Assembly (NCBI GenBank): GCA_003427395.1 | Contig: BFEA01000016.1 | Span: 3,352,892 to 3,404,170, forward strand | From: Chara braunii | Taxonomy: Eukaryota > Plantae > Charophyceae | Length of the DNA: 51,279 nucleotides | Direction: 5' to 3' | Shown: positions 47,755 to 51,279 of the stretch, piece by piece | Layout: every line of letters begins with the position of its first letter | Numbering within the stretch: position 1 is the first letter of the stretch | Position numbers and translations under genes: made by a program | Notes under the pieces: generated by a model | What the model was told of the DNA's origin: nothing | The model's database searches: none | The model's input: the letters and a program-made list of their open reading frames with translations, nothing else

Positions 47755-50700
47755 TGTCGCGCGTGGCGGTCCTGCGCCCCGCTGGGGTGCGCTGAACCTC
47801 ACGGTCGTGTCACACAGGATTTATTTTCGAAGAACAACTAGTCACCACTCCAACCGTGCGCGCGTGCTATACCTCTTACGACGCCCTGCGACAGGTCGGG
47901 ACGTCGTGAGGTACAACTTACCTCTACCCGAGGGGTTGTCACCACCCTCAGGTAGGCGTATCCCTGCTGAGCTACCGGCCCACGTACGAAGGCTTTTACA
48001 TGCCTGAGCAGAGGTAGGTCGGTCGAGGGCGTTTGCTCGATCGTTATAGCATGAAAATGGGGTATGCGCGGTAAGACGCCTAGGACTGACCCGTTAGATA
48101 TTCAGGTCGAACTTTGAGATGGTTGTCTATTTCCGCTTCTGTTCCAGAAACACACTCCTTCTGACTACTATGTTCAACGTATCAAAACCCTGTCACCACC
48201 AAAGATAAACTATTCTACTCAATGTATGACTGATCATCAGATAGTATATAAGACTTGATTATGAATAGCGAGGTATTACCGTTGGGAACCCTTCCCACTT
48301 TCACAAAAGCTGAGTGTCCAAACTCTTCACGATGTCAATTCCAGTCCAGCCCAAATCATGCACAAAACAGGCCAGCACAACATAATGCAAAGACAGTTCA
48401 CATGCCATGCACTAACGGCGTCAACCATCAACCACTGACATTGTCCCTCACTCCCCAAACCATGCATGACAGCTCTATCTTTCCTGAGATGCAAGCTCAG
48501 CCCCCTCACATTTATTCAAAGGACCCTTGAGAGTGACCAGGACCATTTAGGCGATGACCACAGGTGACAGTTTTACTGACCATAGGGTTTGTTTTTGGAT
48601 GTAGGTGTCAAGTCAAAGTGGAAAGAGTTGAATCGACAATGACCGACCTGTTATCGAGTGATAACAGAAAATTGAGTCCCTTATGTATGACTTCTCCTTC
48701 AATTGCAGTAGACCAAAGCTAAGACCAGCACACACACAGGTCAACAATGATTCAACATCCCCTTACTTGATCCCCACATAATGACATCTAAGGGTCAGAC
48801 CCTTAGTTCTAGTTTATGAGCTTTGGGATCAACATCCCAAAGTCTAATCCCTACCTTCTATCTATCCTGAATCGTCTGTCACTCCTCCTCTTTTTATTTT
48901 AAGGAGTTTTCTTGCCTATGCCTCAAACTGTTTTTCAGGGAAACTCATATTTCCCTTTACTCTCAATACTTGCATTCTCTCTCGCGCGGATAAGCACACT
49001 CTCTGGTGCTTATGTGGTAGTCTAGCTGAGATCAAACTTATGGTATTGACAATTCCTCCTCAGGAGTTTATCAACAATTGAGGCTACGCAAAGCTTTTCT
49101 TTTCCTAACCCTTTGTCCCTGCGGTTTTCGCCTTCTATTCTACTCCTCCCNACNGACTTTTTGGAGTCGCCCCTGATGGAACACTCCCTTTTTCCTTTTC
49201 TCTTCTTNTTGTCCTGACATACGCAAGTAGTGGGTTGACTCACCCGGGAATCATCGACTACTTGATCAATTTCAAACAAGCTGTTAGTCAGAAGAGTAGT
49301 CGAGTAGTTCGGCGGAAATACGTAACCAAGTAGTTCAAACAATCTAGTGCAAGCGACAGGACAACTCACCCGAGAGTATCCTTATATTAGTTAAGCAAGT
49401 AGTTTGGATACCCATGTTGAGCCGTCTCAACACTTGACCCTACATTCAGAGAACATTCTAGATTCAGGTGTTAGTACAAAGTTCAAGTTGATAATAGGTG
49501 ACTTTCCCGGAGGCCTCCTATTATTCCTTGATCAGAACTCAGTCTATTTTTACAAGTGGAATAGGATGACCCTACAGGAGTCACCCTACTACTTACTTAG
49601 AGTCAGACGAGCCAGGATTAAGTCAATGGACTTAGACAAACCGAAATGCCTTACTTGGTACGTTTAGGATGTAGCCAAGCAGGCTATAGGATGATTCTAC
49701 GGGAGCCTCCTATATCCGGCTTGAAAGTTTTCAGATTGAATGTTAGTACTTATTTATACCGCCTGTCGGTCATACCTAGACAAATAGTAGGGTTACTCAC
49801 CCGGTAGTATCCCTCTGCTGTCTAAACACAATCATCATTTCTTCACTAGTAAACCTCTGAATCAAACAAGTATTAGGATAACCCTCCCGGGAGTTACCCT
49901 ACTTCCAGTTCCATGAGTAGGAGATCAGTCAAAACAACTCCAAGTTGAATAGCCTTGACTGTTCCCCTACTCTGCCCACTCGCCGCGAACGAGCAAGAGG
50001 TATGCCGACTTTCACGGAAGTTGACCAGATTGACCTAGACTTAGGAATTCGTGTACTCACCCGGGAGTACTTAATTCCCTTCCTAAGTCTAGTCAAATCA
50101 AGTGAGAGGAGAATTCCACGGGAGCTCCTCGTAACCTGATCGAATGTTAAATAGCTAGGTCATTAGTATCAAAGTAATGTCAATCCATTAGTCATGCCAG
50201 AACAAGCAGCAAGGTTACTCACCCGGGAGTATCCCTTTTACTTGTCCAAACATAATCAACTCATCCTTTTCTTATTAGTTGATCCCCAAATCAAACAAAG
50301 TATTAGGATAACCCTCCCGGGAGTCATCTAATACCAGTTCAATGTGTAGGGGACCAGTCAACTTTCACAAAAGCCTACTAGATTGACTTAGACTTAGGAG
50401 ATCACGTACTCACCCGGGAGTACTTAATTCCCTTCCTAAGTCTTAGTCAAATCAAGTGATAGGAGAACCCCGCGGGAGTACCGGGTCAACGGTTGTTGTT
50501 AACGATTGTAGGATTGTACTTCACAGAAGTACCGATTAAATGACTTTTGTTAAGTTTGAAAGAGTGTACTTTACGAAAGTACCGGATCAAATGACTTCAA
50601 TTAGTTAAAGGAATGTACTTCACGGAAGTATTGGATCAAATGACGGTTGTCAATGTAACCTCCTTGTCAATTGGGAAGATGCACGGCATCTTCCTGCTAC

Positions 50701-51279
50701 AAATGTCAGAGTTAACTAATTATTATACCAATTTGTTACTTCAGTTAGGCCATTAGTATCAAACAATGTCAATCCATTAGTCATGCCAAAACAAGTAGCA
50801 GGGTTACTCACCCGGGAGCATCCCTTTTACCTGTTCAGACATAATCAATTCATTCTTTTTTCGTTATTTGATCCCTAAATCAAACAAAGTATTAGGATAA
50901 CCCTCCCGGGGGTCACCCTAATACCAGTTCGATGTGTAGGAGATCAAGACCACTTTTAGGTTAGTCGCCCTGATCGTTCANTTATTCGTTTATGTGTTAA
51001 ATTGAGCAAAAGATATTGTTGACTNACACAGAAGTNGCACAGATCGATCTAGACTTAGGAGTTCGCGTACTCACCCGAGTGTACTTAATTCNCATCCCAA
51101 GTCTAGTCAGATCAGTGATANGAAAACCCCACGGGNGCCTCTCATTAGCTCNGNNTTTGTTAGTTGCTTGAAAACGTGTANCCCACGGGAGTACCGGATT
51201 AGTCATGCTTTGATTAATCACTTGAAGATATGTACCCCACGGGAGTACCGGATTAGCCTTGGATTTAGCTGGTGAGTCA
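47755..51279 (+). mobile_element. Element E3: LTR-like segment related to E1 and E2, running off the window end
   Basis: Starts TGTCGCGCGTGGCGGTCC; conserved block ~47907-47990; palindrome 48648-48667; complex tandem array from ~49230 built on ACTCACCCGGGAGT. Confidence 0.6.

Noticed and set aside
47755-51279. E3 as the 5' LTR of the adjacent Gypsy region
   Set aside because: No TGG-starting PBS at the junction, and its TATA-like orientation is opposite to the Gypsy ORFs; more likely a nested insertion.

Overview
Eukaryotic, almost entirely repeat-derived window with no complete host gene. The element mix suggests a charophyte alga such as Chara braunii, but this is an inference from element types. 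Contents: (1) a decayed L1-clade LINE (16272-23698, minus) split by a Chlamys-type Penelope-like element (PLE1, 18153-23187) with N-terminal GIY-YIG, pseudo-LTR and 10-bp TSD; (2) a second PLE (PLE2, 35693-39785) with the same CxC-RT module, no visible GIY-YIG and a large unknown upstream ORF, abutting (TG)n; (3) three copies of a ~2-kb apparently non-coding repeat R carrying a hammerhead-ribozyme-like motif; (4) a decayed Ty3/Gypsy internal region (41429-47754) with a frameshift-hidden PHD finger before integrase and an extra downstream ORF; (5) three diverged relatives of a large LTR-like element (E1-E3); (6) two hAT MITEs with 8-bp TSDs, a tRNA-headed SINE inside an ~89-bp satellite, a Harbinger-like fragment and many microsatellites; (7) a Nextera mate-pair junction adapter at 27868-27905, which is an assembly artefact. 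Two L1 RT fragments join in frame but lie in permuted order 19 kb apart. Coordinates were read by eye and boundaries of decayed elements are approximate.
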